64,000 bases of DNA from Octopus vulgaris (lineage: Eukaryota), in assembly GCA_951406725.2 (NCBI GenBank), contig OX597818.1, positions 122,512,001 through 122,576,000 of the forward strand. Direction: 5' to 3'. Each line of letters opens with the position of its first letter. Positions within the stretch are counted from its first letter, which is position 1. Made by a program: the position numbers and the translations under genes. Positions 12,448 through 27,084 of the stretch are shown piece by piece. Below the pieces are notes generated by a model that did not search any database, was not told where the DNA came from, and saw nothing but the letters and a program-made list of their open reading frames with translations.

Positions 12448-14619
12448 AACGACCTCTATAAATATTGAATTCGAAGTTTTATTCCTGTGTCGAAACGGCT
12501 AATGTACGCCTCTGCTAGGGTAAAGAAGTCATATGTAGGCAAACACATCTTTGAAGAAATTATTCTAGAATATAAATCGAAAATTATGTTTAAGTAGGTA
12601 GCGTATGTTAAAATCAACGCATTTTTCACCGACCACGCTTAATTTATAATTAGACATTACTAATTTACTCATTAGTGATTCATTTCATCATTAGTCATTA
12701 TTGTCCATTTCGCCTTGCAGACAGAGATATGTTTATATTCAGCTCTCATATAAGTTAATCGTTTTCTTTTTTAACTGTTTAGCTTCTATTCCTAGCCAGA
12801 CCACACTTAAAGTAGATATGTATTGTAATTAATTTCGTTATAGTCACTGCTAGCAATCCCCAAGTTATTCTATATGAGAACAGCTCCTTTAATACCAAAA
12901 TATATTAATCCGCCAAGTTTTCCATTTTACTCCCACAACACCAACAGGGAAATTTGTATGTCGCTGCTTTAATAAAAATTCAGAAAGAAAACAAACACAG
13001 ACATATAAATCCTGATGTTTTGCAACCTTGCATCTCGTGGAAAGGTTAATTTAAATTGCATAAGGTTGTTCAGTCAGTGAAGCCAACGTATTTTTTAACC
13101 GGACACAAGCATATTGAAATGTCAAATTCATTAGTAATTTTCCTTGGAAATAATCCGGCCAATTATCTTATCTGAACTGTGTAAACGAGTGGTGTCCTCC
13201 TGGTTTCTCTTTTCCGAATGGTTTGAATTTATTCATCCGCCTTCAATGTCTGATATAACTGATGCGATTCAACTAATTTCAAATTTGTTCGTCAGTGGAC
13301 AGAGAAAATGAGATTTGTTTAACATGCTTGCTATTTACTCAGTCAATTCAATTACTGTTGAATAAATGAACCAAAAATTGAAATCAATAAAAAATTTTAA
13401 ACAATGAAAGAAAATAACTCAACATTCCTTAAAATTCTTCCTGTGTGCCAAATTTCCGGTTGATTATTCTTATGATGCCATGCTTATTTTAAATATTTGA
13501 GCGCATCCATTTTCCTCGGATGCTTCGCTCGACGTATAAGATTTAGAAAGATCTAAATTTCTAAGTGGAAAATCTTATTTAAGAAAACAGCGACAACGTG
13601 ATTAAAATAACTTTTATTATATTTTTTATAGCAATTTTGCATTTAATGAGAAACTTTGATTTAAAATTTTATGTAATTAGTATTTTCAAATAACTTATTT
13701 TGATCATGATTTCGTTTAACTTGTCTCAAAACTATTTAACTTGTATATAATAGTGTAGACAATTAGTAGTAATATATTAATGCATCTAAACTAGAATCCT
13801 GTGGTTCCACTACTATCTGTACCTCCAAGTGTCTAACTTTAAGAGGTGAATAATTACTAGTGAATAAAATAAAATAGAATCCAGTAGATTTGGCTGGACG
13901 GAAATTTGATGGTCATGTGGAAATATAGGAGTTATGAGATTTCAAAGGAGCTGATTAATAACACATTTTCCCATTATCTTTCAGAAATAAGAATGACAGA
14001 ACGAACTTTGGTTGGCAAAATCACGTACAGTAGGCTGAATTATGGGCAGTTTCAAAAGATGAGGGCAACTACAGGATGAAATATGGATTGGAAACTTTGG
14101 TAATATTAGGAACTAGATTTTCAACACATTGTCTGACTGTAGTGAAAAGGACTTTTTATTACAGCTATTGACTTTCTAGGACTTAAGAAGTCAGTTATGT
14201 ATCAACACTTTGTATATTCGTATATATTGGCGGGAGGAATGGTGTGTTAAAGGGAGATAATTATCAAGCATGCAGTGTGGAATTCGATGAAAATAAGTAG
14301 CAAATGTTGAAGCCTTCTACGCAGAAGCAATTCCAAGAAAGCTGTCGTGCTTGAGAATGGTGGAGAGGGTTATATTACAAAATTGATGATGGTGACCGTT
14401 TTAGACAGAAATAGAATGGATCAGTTACTGTTGGGGAGAAGTGGGTTCTTGGTGACCGTGAGATGCACACCGGTGTCTTCAACATTTCAAACGGTAAAGT
14501 TGCATATGTCATTGTTGCTTTTAACAGCTACTCGGTTGGTTGGTTGGTTGGTTGGTTGGTGTTCGGGGATGTGGAAAGAGTGACTGCTTTCTGACGTTCA
14601 AAGCTGAATTTGAAACATG

Positions 14620-15270
14620 TGATAAATGTGATAAAACAAACTTGGAGGACTATCGTCTCATCAATCGCCCGCCCATCATCGAAAATGTGTTCTCCCAAAT
14701 CATGCTCAGAAGGGTGCTCGGCACACTGGACCTCAATCAGCCAAAAGAACCAGCTGGCTTCAGGACAAGATTCTCTACTATCGATCACCTCTCGTTACGG
14801 CACTGACGAACCAAGGAGTAGACCCCCACCTGCATTGCAATACTGAAAGATCTTTACAGCGGTGCAACATCGACCGCCAGGCCACACCCAGACAGTGATA
14901 AGATCTAGTTGGAGAGAGGAACAAGGCACGATGACAACAACTTGTTTACAATATGTTTACAAGTCAAGGTCATCTACAAAATCTAATGGGACAAGAAGGG
15001 AATCAACATCAATGGTGAACAACTATGCCACCTGGGCTTTGCAGATCTTGACAGCATATACACGCCTAAGGAAGTTTAGGAAATGCTCACCGATATCCAC
15101 ACTAGAATCCAACCTATTGGCCTCGACATGAACCTTGGAAGGACTAAGATCATGTTCAACAGGCACGGTGCTCCAGTACCCGTTATCGTAAACGGTAGGA
15201 ACATAGAAGAGGTATACAGCTACGTTTACCTGGGAAAGATGGTGGCAAAAGACGGAAACCTCCTGAAGAT
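14620..15270 (+). pseudogene. RTE-clade LINE reverse-transcriptase fragment with internal deletions
   Basis: LEDYRLI...LDLNQPKEPAGFRTRFSTIDHL and GLDMNLGRTKIMFN...IEEVYSYVYLG. Confidence 0.85.
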
Positions 15271-16002
15271 GTATAATAGCCTTGAGTAGGTATTTATTTG
15301 GCTTATGTTTTGACAGTTGCAGAGACGGTAGCAACTTTGACTTTATGAACGTTCTCTTCAGGATATTTTGCGTATTTCAGTTATCATATTTCTTGTGGAT
15401 TGTACACAACGAAAATTTCCTCTACTGGAAGATGACGTAATATAATGTTTTGTAATATACAGTATGAACTATAGAATGCGTCACACTAATATAATCTCTG
15501 CAATATCAGAATACTGTAAGAAGCGAGCGAAGTAAAAAAAAATAAGACTCACAAAAACAAAAACATTAAAAAAAACATTGGATTAGAAGTGTATCAGCAC
15601 ATTCCTAAATTCTGTATAGTCTGTTGCAGGTTTCAAAATCAAACTAATAGTCTTGTGCAAACGCAATTTTTAACGACCGCACCTGTAAACAAAATATTAC
15701 TTCTCATACTTTATCGTCTGACATCCCCATTTTGTATATAAAGCAGGCAAAGGCGTCGACAAGATCTTGTCAACATCCACAGACATATGGCTTCGTTGCA
15801 CTGAACAGTTTCTTAGTATTTTGTAACATCTCAATTTTCATGCAATCAACAGAATAAGCTTTCATTTCATCAATACACTATTTTCAATGTTTGCTTTGAT
15901 TGTTTGCAGTTTTCATTTATTTTTTCTTTCTTCTTTATATTTTATTTACTTATGTTCTTTCTTTTCTGCACTCTCTTTCTTTCCTCTCTCTCCTCATTAT
16001 TT

Positions 16003-16046
<44 letters not shown>

Positions 16047-16133
16047 TCATCTCTTCGTTTTTAATACACATGTTATGGTTTCAATGTATGGACATTTTTT
16101 TGAGGGAATGTTTGCTGAATTTTTAGATCACTA

Positions 16134-16185
<52 letters not shown>

Positions 16186-16879
16186 ACACACACACACACA
16201 CAAACACCACACACACACACACACGCACGCATTCACACACACACTCAGTCACAGACCATAGGTAGCAGAAAAAGTGACGGCGGCGCTTTGATATCAGTAT
16301 TCAATAGAGGAAATTGAGGATATTAAGCGAACTGTATGATAATACAGCAAAAACAAGTAAATAAGTAAAGAAATGAAAACCACGAAAAGGAATTGAAGAT
16401 AATGTGATAATCTCACTTACAGATTTAATGCCTTGTAGACGTGATTCCATTTTGTGAAATTTTGAGTTCTTGTTAGAATATTAATGGCATATGGTTTTTG
16501 GTATTCATAAACTTTACTATAAACATTCGATTTTGGTGCAAAAAGATTAGCTGCTTTAAATGTGCTTAAATTAAGTTCCATCTATCTTTGTGTCGTCATT
16601 AACACTTTCAATAATTGCATTAGGCTAATTTGATATTACGTATTTAAACTAATATAAATTAAAAGAGCGTGACATTTCTTTTATATTCACATATAGTTGT
16701 ATTATTTGAAAAGGAAATGATTAAATGTGTAGATAATGGAAGTTCATTCATGGATCTTCTTGCCCTTAATCGAAGTGGCCATTGTACGTATGTTACCGGA
16801 CATATGGTGGCTTCCCCCTCGTTATCGAGTATGGCCATTGCACAAAGCTTAATCAATGTTGTTATTGTGCAATGCCTGT

Positions 16880-17345
16880 GCAAGGAGATTTTTTTTAAAG
16901 AGAGGAAAGGATGTGCACTGAGTCAATCTCACTCACTGAGCAACAGCAGCCATAATCCGAAAAGAAGAACAAGTCAACATCCGCAGGGTTTATGTCAGAG
17001 TTATCCCAGTTACCTGAGTTACCTTCTCCTAGAAGGATGCCCTGACACAGGCTAGGAGTCCTTCACTCCCAATGGTTTAACTGCGTGATCGGGTATTCTG
17101 TCTGATTATTTCTATGTCCCGGCGCATGATACAGCCTTAAGACATTTATTGGATGGCCATTGACTCTCAAGAGTTCCTCCGCCCTTTGACGAGTTTTGCT
17201 TTTCATCCAGCAGGGTGTCCAATAAACACTCTCCTCACCAAACAAGCTTGGTGGGGTTGCCGGTTTAGTCGCCGACGACCCGACCATGCAACAGGTTGTA
17301 CTGGGTTACATGTTACCAGTAGCACTCGAAAGTGACCTGACACTA
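16880..17345 (-). mobile_element. Probable RTE-type LINE 5' UTR fragment
   Basis: GC-richer block with ccttctcctagaagg..aggctag, as I recall from RTE 5' regions, and an HDV-like motif at its 5' edge. Not verified by alignment. Confidence 0.45.
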
Positions 17346-18009
17346 ATGTGTGGACATATACATACTTACATACACACATGGATACATACACACAGACGCG
17401 CGCACGTACGTGTCCGCACAGACAGAGAGACAGACACACACACAAACACAGCAATGTATATGTACATATTTAGGTTTGTCCCTTTTGGTAGGTAGATACA
17501 ATATTGGATTCTGCAGATTTGACCTTTATTTCGTCAAGGCAAAGGATAACAAAACCGAAGATAACTAGACCTACTGACCCATCCTCTACCTACCCACAAA
17601 AGCTAAGGCAGTGAAATACGCGCATTTGCCTTCAAACTTCAAGAGAAATAAATAAATTCTAAACAATAACACGAACCCAAATTTCATCTATGAAAATTTC
17701 TCTAAAACACATTTCCATCACAACCCAATCTAAAACGTAATTACTATTTCATTCAAACCCACACATTAGGAAATATTTTAAGTCAACAGAGATTATATAA
17801 AACCATGATTAACTTCAATGCCGCGCAGTCCATTGCTGGATTAACTGACCGAAACATCGATATCACATTTAACATTCTTGTTTAAGAGTAATGCATACAC
17901 ACAACCCCCGTAACCCCGTATATACGTATATATATATATACCCACATACATTCATAAATACATATACGCATATGCATACACAACATATATATACAAATGT
18001 ATATATATA

Positions 18010-18313
18010 TATCACCGTGATCAACGTGATCGACCAGGCTATCAGATGTTGCTACACATCGCTGGTCACAATGCATTGTTTTAGCCTTCAAATGACGCCA
18101 CCCCGCTGGCTAAGCGAACAGGCCAACAGAAGAAAGAGTGAGAGAAAGTTGTAGCGAAAGAGTACAGCAGGGATCGCCACCATCCCCTGCCGGAGCCTCG
18201 TGGAGCTTTAGGTGTTTTCGCTCAATAAACTCTCACAACGCCTGGTCTGGGAATCGAAACCGCGATCCTACGACCACAAGTCCGCTACCTTAACCACTGG
18301 GCCATTGCGCCTC

Positions 18314-18315
<2 letters not shown>
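18010..18315 (-). mobile_element. SINE with family-B head and RTE-derived 3' tail
   Basis: First about 165 nt match family B. The 3' end tgtgaccagcgatgt...ctggtcgatcacgttgatcacggtgat matches the RTE end at 33447-33510. Confidence 0.88.
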
Positions 18316-18384
<69 letters not shown>

Positions 18385-19150
18385 TTTAATATATATATAC
18401 AAATGTATATATATATATATATACATATATACATTAATATATATATACATATAAACATATAGATTACACATATATTTATATGTATATGTATATGTGCGTG
18501 TGTGCGTGACTGTGTGTACATGCGTGTATTTATACACACATGTCAAAATTACATTTATGTACACATGTACGTATATCCACATACATGCGAGCATATACGT
18601 ATATACACACACACATTTATGGAAATAATGATATTTTCAATCTTGCCTTTACCATACCTATATGTATGCATCATTTTGTGCATGTGTGTGTGTGCGCGTG
18701 TTTGTGTGTATGGATAGCTAAACATCTATATATGTAAATATATATATACGTATATGACATGTTATGTGATGTGCTCTGTAAATATTCAAATTCACAGACG
18801 CATATTTGCATATTGTAAACAGATTCAAAGAAACAGATACACAAGCATATACGCTATTATCGGGTTAATAACTTTCTAAAATTCGATATCTGAGACTAAC
18901 ATGTGAATAAATATTATCTGAAGTCAAAGATGTTTTCGGTACAAGAATAATTAGCTTTAATTACATCAATGGACTTAATAAGAGATTAACTTCACCTTCT
19001 GAAATGCAGTAAGCTTTCAAACAGACTTGTTATAAGTGGTTTATCATTGGAATTAGGAAAAGAGTTAAAGTATACACACGCACACACACACACATATAAA
19101 TACATATTTGTATATGTATATATATTTATGCATAAATATATATATATATA

Positions 19151-19193
<43 letters not shown>

Positions 19194-19209
19194 AAAAGAA
19201 TTCCAACCT

Positions 19210-19284
<75 letters not shown>

Positions 19285-19653
19285 TGTAAATATATGTATT
19301 CGTGTGTGTGTGTTGTACATGTATATGCGTATATAAATCCGCACACGCACACACACACATATATATATACTTACATATGTATAAATTCAAGCACACAGAT
19401 AAATATGCTCACAGATACGTCTATATCTATCTATCTATCTATCAATCTATCTATCTGTATATATGAATGTATGTATGTATGTGTGTGTGTGTGTGTGTGT
19501 GTACCCAATAAAATATTTTATTAATACTGTTATCCCAACCACCACTACGAAGTTTCTGCAATAAATCTACGGATAACAACAGGTAATCGAAACTGTGCCG
19601 GGGCTTTACTGATCATCTATTTATATATTTTGTATAATTTCTCCATTATATAT

Positions 19654-19739
<86 letters not shown>

Positions 19740-20190
19740 AGTAAATAAACGACAATACTAATAACAAGGTAACAAACATTTTTTCAATATTTAGGGCTCA
19801 GTACTTTCGAATAGGACACGTAATAACAAGGGAGATGGTATATAGCTAGCATCTTCGCTTAGATATGAAGAAGACAGTAGTGACATGCACAGACAGGTGT
19901 TGTTATAGAATCAGTCTGCTTATTATTTTTCTTGTATGCAGTTTCATCTTAATAATTAAGACTTTGAAATGTCTACGTTGTATATCAAGCGGTCCTCTGC
20001 AGGTGGAACGTAGCCCACGTCAGAATTTTGCATATCCTTATCAAAGGCAACATAGGAAATTTTAGAGTCAGAGAAGGTATCTTAATAATAAACAGTCATT
20101 AAACAACAGACAAGAACTACATGAGGTCGACTAATTACTATTACAAGTCCAGCTAACACAAGACATTGCGCTTTCTTTCATATCAGATGA

Positions 20191-20895
20191 CTAGCAGTAT
20201 AACCCGCCCTTGCCCGGGATTAAGTTACGATTATTAAGCTAATCAAGTTCTTTATTTCAAACCAAACTAATTAATATCGACTCTCAACAAAACACTTTTT
20301 TACTCGGCGTACAATAAAAACAAAACTCTTTCGCACCCAAAGTAATGTGTGTGTGTGAGAGAGAGGAGGGGGAGAAAGATGAACGATTAAAAATGAATAT
20401 ATTGTAATTGTTGTGTGAGAAAGTATATATACTATGATTATAAAATATAGTGTCTTTCAAAAACATCCTGAATTTGAGCACTATATCTCGTATTTAAGAA
20501 AAAACAAAACATTTTACATTTTACTTTTTATGAACGTCGTAATTTACTCTCTCTCTCCCTCTCTCACTTTGTCTTTCCCGTCAAACTCTCTGCCTCCTTC
20601 TTCCAAGTTTCTTTATCTTATTTGTTTTTTGTTAGACATCATCAAAAAGCTATGACTGATATTTTTTATGGCTAAAAGCTATGGCTGAAAATATAATTTT
20701 ACCGCTTTTCGCGGGTGCCTCGGGAAAAAAATAAGTTGACAAAGCCCAGAAAGGATGTTGACGAATGTCCTCCTAAAATTCGAGCGACATGCGTGCTAAT
20801 TTGTGGATGTGCATAAATTACAATCACGTACACACACACACACGCGCGCGCGCGCTCGCGCGCGCACACGAACATCGTGCCTTTTATAGATATGA
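20191..20895 (-). mobile_element. Non-autonomous Helitron (Lep1-like architecture)
   Basis: Minus strand begins a|TC, has a microsatellite near the 5' end, and ends with hairpin cccgggcaagggcggg shortly before CTAG|t (20191-20194). No TSD. Confidence 0.7.
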
Positions 20896-22015
20896 TGATA
20901 ACGACTCTTTAACATCTCCCATTTGACCTCGTATCATGATGAAGAGGTACTATACCCTGAAATATTGAATAAGTACGAGATTAAACAATAATTATTCTAT
21001 TTTCACTTCTGTATTACATTGATTTTCCATTGTTTCGACCTTTCAACAAATTTTAATCTAATTTATTATCAGCCTATACAAAAGCCTACCCCACCTTTTT
21101 TTCAGACACACTACGTAAGACCCATACTGTCCAATGGGTTTCAATTTGTGAAATTATAAAATAGGATTAGAATATTTCTTTCCTATTTCTATCAGGTCAT
21201 ATGACAGCTTGGTTACTCAATTGAGATAGTGCAGGGCTTGTCTAAATATGAAGTGGTGTTTCGTTTTTGGCAACACGTAGTATTAGTTCGGTGTTGAAAC
21301 TGGTTCCTTTATGTAATTCACACCAACGAAGTTCTTCCTAATGATCTGTAGACATGAATGTAACAGCTTTTCGTGTACATAATTACTGAAGCAATCTTGT
21401 ATTGTACGTAATTATATTTAAACAACTTTGTTGTTTCACTTTTGACTGTCTTTAGGGACAACTTCGGTTATTTCATGTTTAGCTTGTCGTTGATTAATGA
21501 GAATATTTAGCTGAGAAATGTATATTGTACATTGTATTTATATTGTATAGAAAATAACATTAAATAAACAGTCCTCTCGCGAATTAAAGAGTGTGTATAC
21601 ACTAGGCATTCGTCATATGAAAAGTGAAATGATGAAAAGTACAGTTGTTCAATGAGGGGGACCTTCCAAACTGATTTATTACAAAGAGAAAAGACTATGT
21701 TAGCATTGGAGATATGCTTTAACGGATTCATTATACACCCAGTACTTGAATGGTTGATATTCTATATAAACCGTCAAGATGAAACATAAAGCCGTATTCG
21801 ATGTCATTTCGATATAAGGGACCTAATGCAATAGATAATAATATTCAATAATTTATCGGCACTTAATTGATTTTACATTCATACATGGTGATTATCATTA
21901 ATATTTCTAATTTATATACAGGTCAGTTATATTCATATATGGGAAAGGGCCGGAAGAAATACCTGCCGGCATTCTGGCTGGCACGAAAAATTTGGCTTTA
22001 CCTTTGCCCTTCTAT

Positions 22016-22085
22016 ACTACTACTACTATTACTGCTGCTGCTGCTGTTGCTACTACTACTACTACGATCACCACCACCACCGATG

Positions 22086-22142
<57 letters not shown>
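22016..22142. repeat. (CTA/CTG)n and (AAT)n trinucleotide tracts
   Basis: Direct inspection. A second (AAT)n lies at 22525-22635. Confidence 0.95.
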
Positions 22143-22214
22143 GTAGGATATGAGCAGTTCCCATGAATACTATCTTTTGAATTTCTGCCATTTTAGGGTT
22201 TCCTGGTATCTGAG

Positions 22215-22631
<417 letters not shown>

Positions 22632-22635
22632 TAAT

Positions 22636-22950
22636 AGTTAAAGAAGAAGGGAAAATAAACAACTACAACGATTTAAATTGGGAAATACGAAGTTTGTAGT
22701 CAATGAAGAGAGTAGAGGTGATACCAATAGTAACTGGTGCACTTGGAAGTATCAGTACTCAACTACCAAAATGGCTGAAACGGATTTGTGCAAATGTAAA
22801 AGTAGAACACCTATAAAAATCAGCATTGCTTGGAATTGCAAGAATTCTTCGCAGGTTTCTTGAAGCATGACCAGTGAACAAGTATCACCTTAGTTTGCTG
22901 GCTGAGGACAGGTGACACTTTCCATCATGCCCAGCAAAATAAGCAATGAG
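22636..22950 (+). mobile_element. Second 3' fragment of an R4/Dong-type RLE LINE
   Basis: KEEGKINNYNDLNWEIRSL..VEVIPIVTGALGSI...SALLGIARILRRFLEA*. Confidence 0.85.
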
Positions 22951-22989
22951 TTTTCATATAATAATAAAAATAATATGATAATAATAATA

Positions 22990-23720
22990 ATGTTTTCTAA
23001 TTTTGGCACATGGCCAGCAGATTTTGAAAGAAGGAGAAGACTGCTACATCGACTCCAGTATTTAACTGCCACTTTATAGACCCCTAAAGGATCAAAGGTA
23101 AAACTGACCTCGGTGGGACGTACACAGAACGTAGGGATCCAGACATAATGCTATGGAAATTGTACGACGTGCCAACGATTCTGGTATCTGACCTTAATAA
23201 CAATCCCTTCTACGCAAGGTATAAGGGCTGAAATTTCGGAGGACAGTGTAAGTCGATTACATCGACCCCAGTACTCTACTGGTATTTATTTTATCGACCC
23301 GAAAGAATGAATGGTAAAGTCGAACTCGGCCGAATTTTTACTCAGAACGTAACTACAGACGAAATACCTATTTCTTTACTACCCACAAGGGGCTAAACAC
23401 AGAGAGGACAAACAAGGACAGACAAACGGATGAAGTCGATTATATCGACCCCAGTGCGTAACTGGTTACTTATTTAATCGACCCCGAAAGGATGAAAGGC
23501 CCAGTCGACCTCGGCGGAATTTGAACTCAGAACGTAGCGGCAGACGAAATACTCCTAAGCATTTCGCCCGGCGGTTCTGTCAGTTCGCCGTATTCCTCTT
23601 AATAATAATAATAATGATGTTTTCAAAATTTGACACAGGGCCAGCAATTCTGGGGGAAGGGGTATGTCTATTACAGCAACCCCAGTGCTCCACTGTTACT
23701 TATTTTATCGACCCCGAATG
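22990..23720 (-). mobile_element. Stack of SINE family A copies, including a nested pair at 23205-23590
   Basis: Repeated cores (cgaccccagtgc, aaagtcgacctcggc) separated by (AAT)n. Junction gaaata|ggtatttc near 23368. Confidence 0.85.
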
Positions 23721-24243
23721 AATGAATATTTAATATATCACGATGATATTAAATTAAAAATTTCGTCAAATTGGTAAAAATGTAGGATGTAACCTAATGT
23801 CCATTCGTGCCCCAACATTACAGTGTTTGGTGACGTACATTGCCATCACCATGGCCATCGTAATTACCACCACCACCATCAACAAGAACAACAACAACAA
23901 CATATTCATGAATAACAATTGTGCTGCTCCGTTTTGTACAGCTAGCATCTCGATGTTATCTATGCGACTCGTAAACACCAGTCAGTTTTGTTTTGGTTTA
24001 GATCGTGTCAAAATAATACTATAAAATAATTTTCTTCCTTTCTGTGCGTTTATCATCGCGGCACTGTACGTATTTTACAAATATTAAACTATCGAAGGGT
24101 CATATCGCCTTGTTGTCTACTTTTATTGTTGTTGTTGATTTTAAGTGGCCCCAGTAACTTTACAGGTCGAAAATGAAATTCAGCCAGCTAAATTATCTAG
24201 TCGTGTATTATCCACCCTCCTTATCGTTTATCTGATATATTCA

Positions 24244-24307
<64 letters not shown>

Positions 24308-24348
24308 TAAAGGAAAGAATGGAGTCGAACAAAGATGTTAACAAAATT

Positions 24349-24441
24349 CCTTTACTCTCGACACATGTTTCGAAGACAGCATATTTTCATTCCGAAGGTA
24401 TAAAGGGTGCATTATGCAATCTTCTCATCAGGAAAGAAAGG
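24349..24441 (-). ncRNA. Type I hammerhead ribozyme inside a (TA)n-anchored element (about 24304-24566)
   Basis: CUUUC-CUGAUGA-GAAGAUuGCAU...AUGCuGUCUUC-GAAA-CAUGUG-UC-GAGAG. All core nucleotides present and stems I-III pair. Predicted cleavage 3' of the C at 24360. Confidence 0.8.
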
Positions 24442-24601
24442 GAGCCTCTCTCGACAACAAGACAAACAAAAATTTCGATGATTGCCTACATGGTAAACAG
24501 ACCCAGGTTGCGGTTAAACGAATTTTCCATGCTGATGATAAACATAGGATAATTCATTCACCTACTTATATATATATATTTATATATATATATACACACA
24601 T

Positions 24602-24665
<64 letters not shown>

Positions 24666-25241
24666 GTATATATATATATACATACACATATATCTTTTAT
24701 TTTTTACTTCTCTCGGCCATTAGACCGTGGCCATTCTGAGGCAGCACTTTGAATGAGTTTTAGTCGAATGAATCAACTCCAATACTTACCTTTCTAAGCC
24801 TGGTATTTATTCTATCGTAAGCACACCAGCACCGGTTGTCAAGCGATCGTAAGGAACAGACGCAAACACAAACACACACACGCATAGATACACACACACA
24901 CACACTAACATATCAACAAATAGACATAAAACATCTGTACCTCGTGCATCTATATTTGGCTGATGCTTAGTGTGTACTTCCAAGCTTAACTTGTTTCGAG
25001 CATTGGCGTATCTTTATGCTCTGAAACGTAGGGTAGAGTCATGTCGTCCAGCGACTATGTAGAGACCTCCTTGCCGGTTGCTCTCCCGTAAATGGGGACC
25101 CTGTGAATGCAATATAACCATTACAAACAAGAATTTTGGAAGTAGGAAATATTGTTTTGTCTTTTAGTATTGCATTTATGTTGAACAGAGAACATAGAAA
25201 CAAATAAGCGTTGATAATACGGCCATGTTCTAAACAGTATC

Positions 25242-25462
25242 TATTTATTTATTGCCCACAAGGGGCTAAACACAGAGGGGACAAACAAGGACAGACAAAG
25301 GGATTAAGTCAATTACATCGACCCCAGTGCGTAACGGGTTCTTATTTAATCGACCCCGAAAGGATGAAAGGCAAAGTCGACCTCGGCGGAATTTGAACTC
25401 AGAACGTAGCGGCAGACGAAATACCGCTACACATTTCGCCCGGCGTGCTAACGGTTCTTCCA
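25242..25462 (-). mobile_element. SINE family A, tail type 1
   Basis: TSD aaacagtatc at 25232-25241 and 25463-25472. Confidence 0.93.
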
Positions 25463-27084
25463 AAACAGTATCACCATCAACAATATAAAGTGAGTTCGAT
25501 ATTGATGAAGAAAAGTGATTGATTTCACTAAAAACTTCCATCCACCACTTACAGGCTTTCATTTCATCGAATGCAGCGATTGATTGTAACATTTCTTAGT
25601 GTTTGAAGTCCATCTAATATTTAATTGTTTTGAGTACAACAATCACGACTGTCTTTGATGTTTGAAGACTTCAATTTACTTAGGATGACATTCTGTCTGG
25701 TAGCAATTTTCTGCATTCGAAAGAACTTGAATCGTTCTTCCGCTTCTGAAACGACTGTTAGTATTTTGTTAATGGAATTCATTTACATGTCTGCCTCTGA
25801 GTCATTATTACCTCCCCCTACTCCCCGAAACGTCGTAACCGTCTATTTTTCTATATATATTTCTGTTTTACATTTTTTGTCCGTTTTTCATCGCTGTCAT
25901 CCAACGTCTATTCTGGCTTATCTTCATTCAAACGCTGTCTCTTTTCATAGCTGCTACTTATAAAGAATACCACTTATAGTGTCTACTATTCTCTAACATT
26001 CTATCTCATTACGGGAAATTTATGATGTCAATAATAAGCAAAAAAAAGTTAAATATAACTATAACCACACAGATTCAAACACACACAGGCGCACGTATAT
26101 GTACTAAAATCGATCAAAAGAGTTTAGTTATCCTACCGACGGGAGTGGAATACAACTCCTGTCGATGTACATTAACACAAGACTCTTTGGAGTCTGCTCG
26201 TTCAGATACAAAGTAATTGCACAGATATATGCGAACAAATATACACACACGCTTTAAATTTTTTATTTTTAATCGGCAGAAGAGGACGTAGTAAATTGAA
26301 ATGCTAACAGTTTCGTGCACGGCATTGATCACTCTAAACAATTGTTACGCATGAAACTTTCATCATTTGATGTCACAAAACATATCAAAACTTGAATCCA
26401 ATATCTAAGCGTTAATCTAAGATTACCTATGAAGAAAAGTAACTTATATCCCACAAACCATGAATCCACAAGCACATCCTAATATGCCGGAATGAAGGAC
26501 AACTTAGAAGATATAAAAATTTACAAACAAGCATAACGACTATGTTTTCTCATCAGCAGCTGCCAATCTGATATCACTATAGTTTCAACGCCTGGGCTGT
26601 ATCATTTAATATGTCAAAAACGTTAACGGCGTACATGTATCCAGATAAACGTTTATAATCCTCTGAAAAGAAACCAATGCGAGTTCTACAAATAATACAA
26701 GTCGATGCTTTGTGCTTTTTAGCCTGTTTCTCAATATTTTGTATTTAGGGCTCATTTCTCAGGAAATCTGGCAATAATTTCTATATTTTTAAAGAATGCG
26801 AATATTTTGGATGACACAGACAGACACGGGTGCCAGCAGTTTCAGTGAAAGGCTAAAACAGAAAATAAAACTAGGGATTTAAACCGCATCGTAAACACAC
26901 TTTTTCGAATTGTTTCTGTTAATCTACTAAGTAAACCGATAAAGATGAAATTAATCGCAATAGCAAATGTTGCATCAGAGTTTGCAGCTAAACGATGATA
27001 AATAAATGAAGATGAACTTTACCAATGTGAGTGCTGACAGTACTAAAATCATATATAATCGACCAATATACAATTGTCATCTCG

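Noticed and set aside
14230-14520. Possible Penelope ORF remnant
   Set aside because: Translations give no convincing RT or GIY-YIG motif by eye.
24941-25100. Exon-like segment on the minus strand (ttcacag| ... GAG|gtacag)
   Set aside because: Stops in all three frames; at most a non-coding exon, with no support.
25500-25960. Coding-like purine-rich stretch on the minus strand
   Set aside because: Multiple stops and no recognisable domain.
26137-26195. Two small hairpins (cgacgggagt/actcctgtcg and agactc/gagtct)
   Set aside because: Short and single-copy, with no family match I can support.
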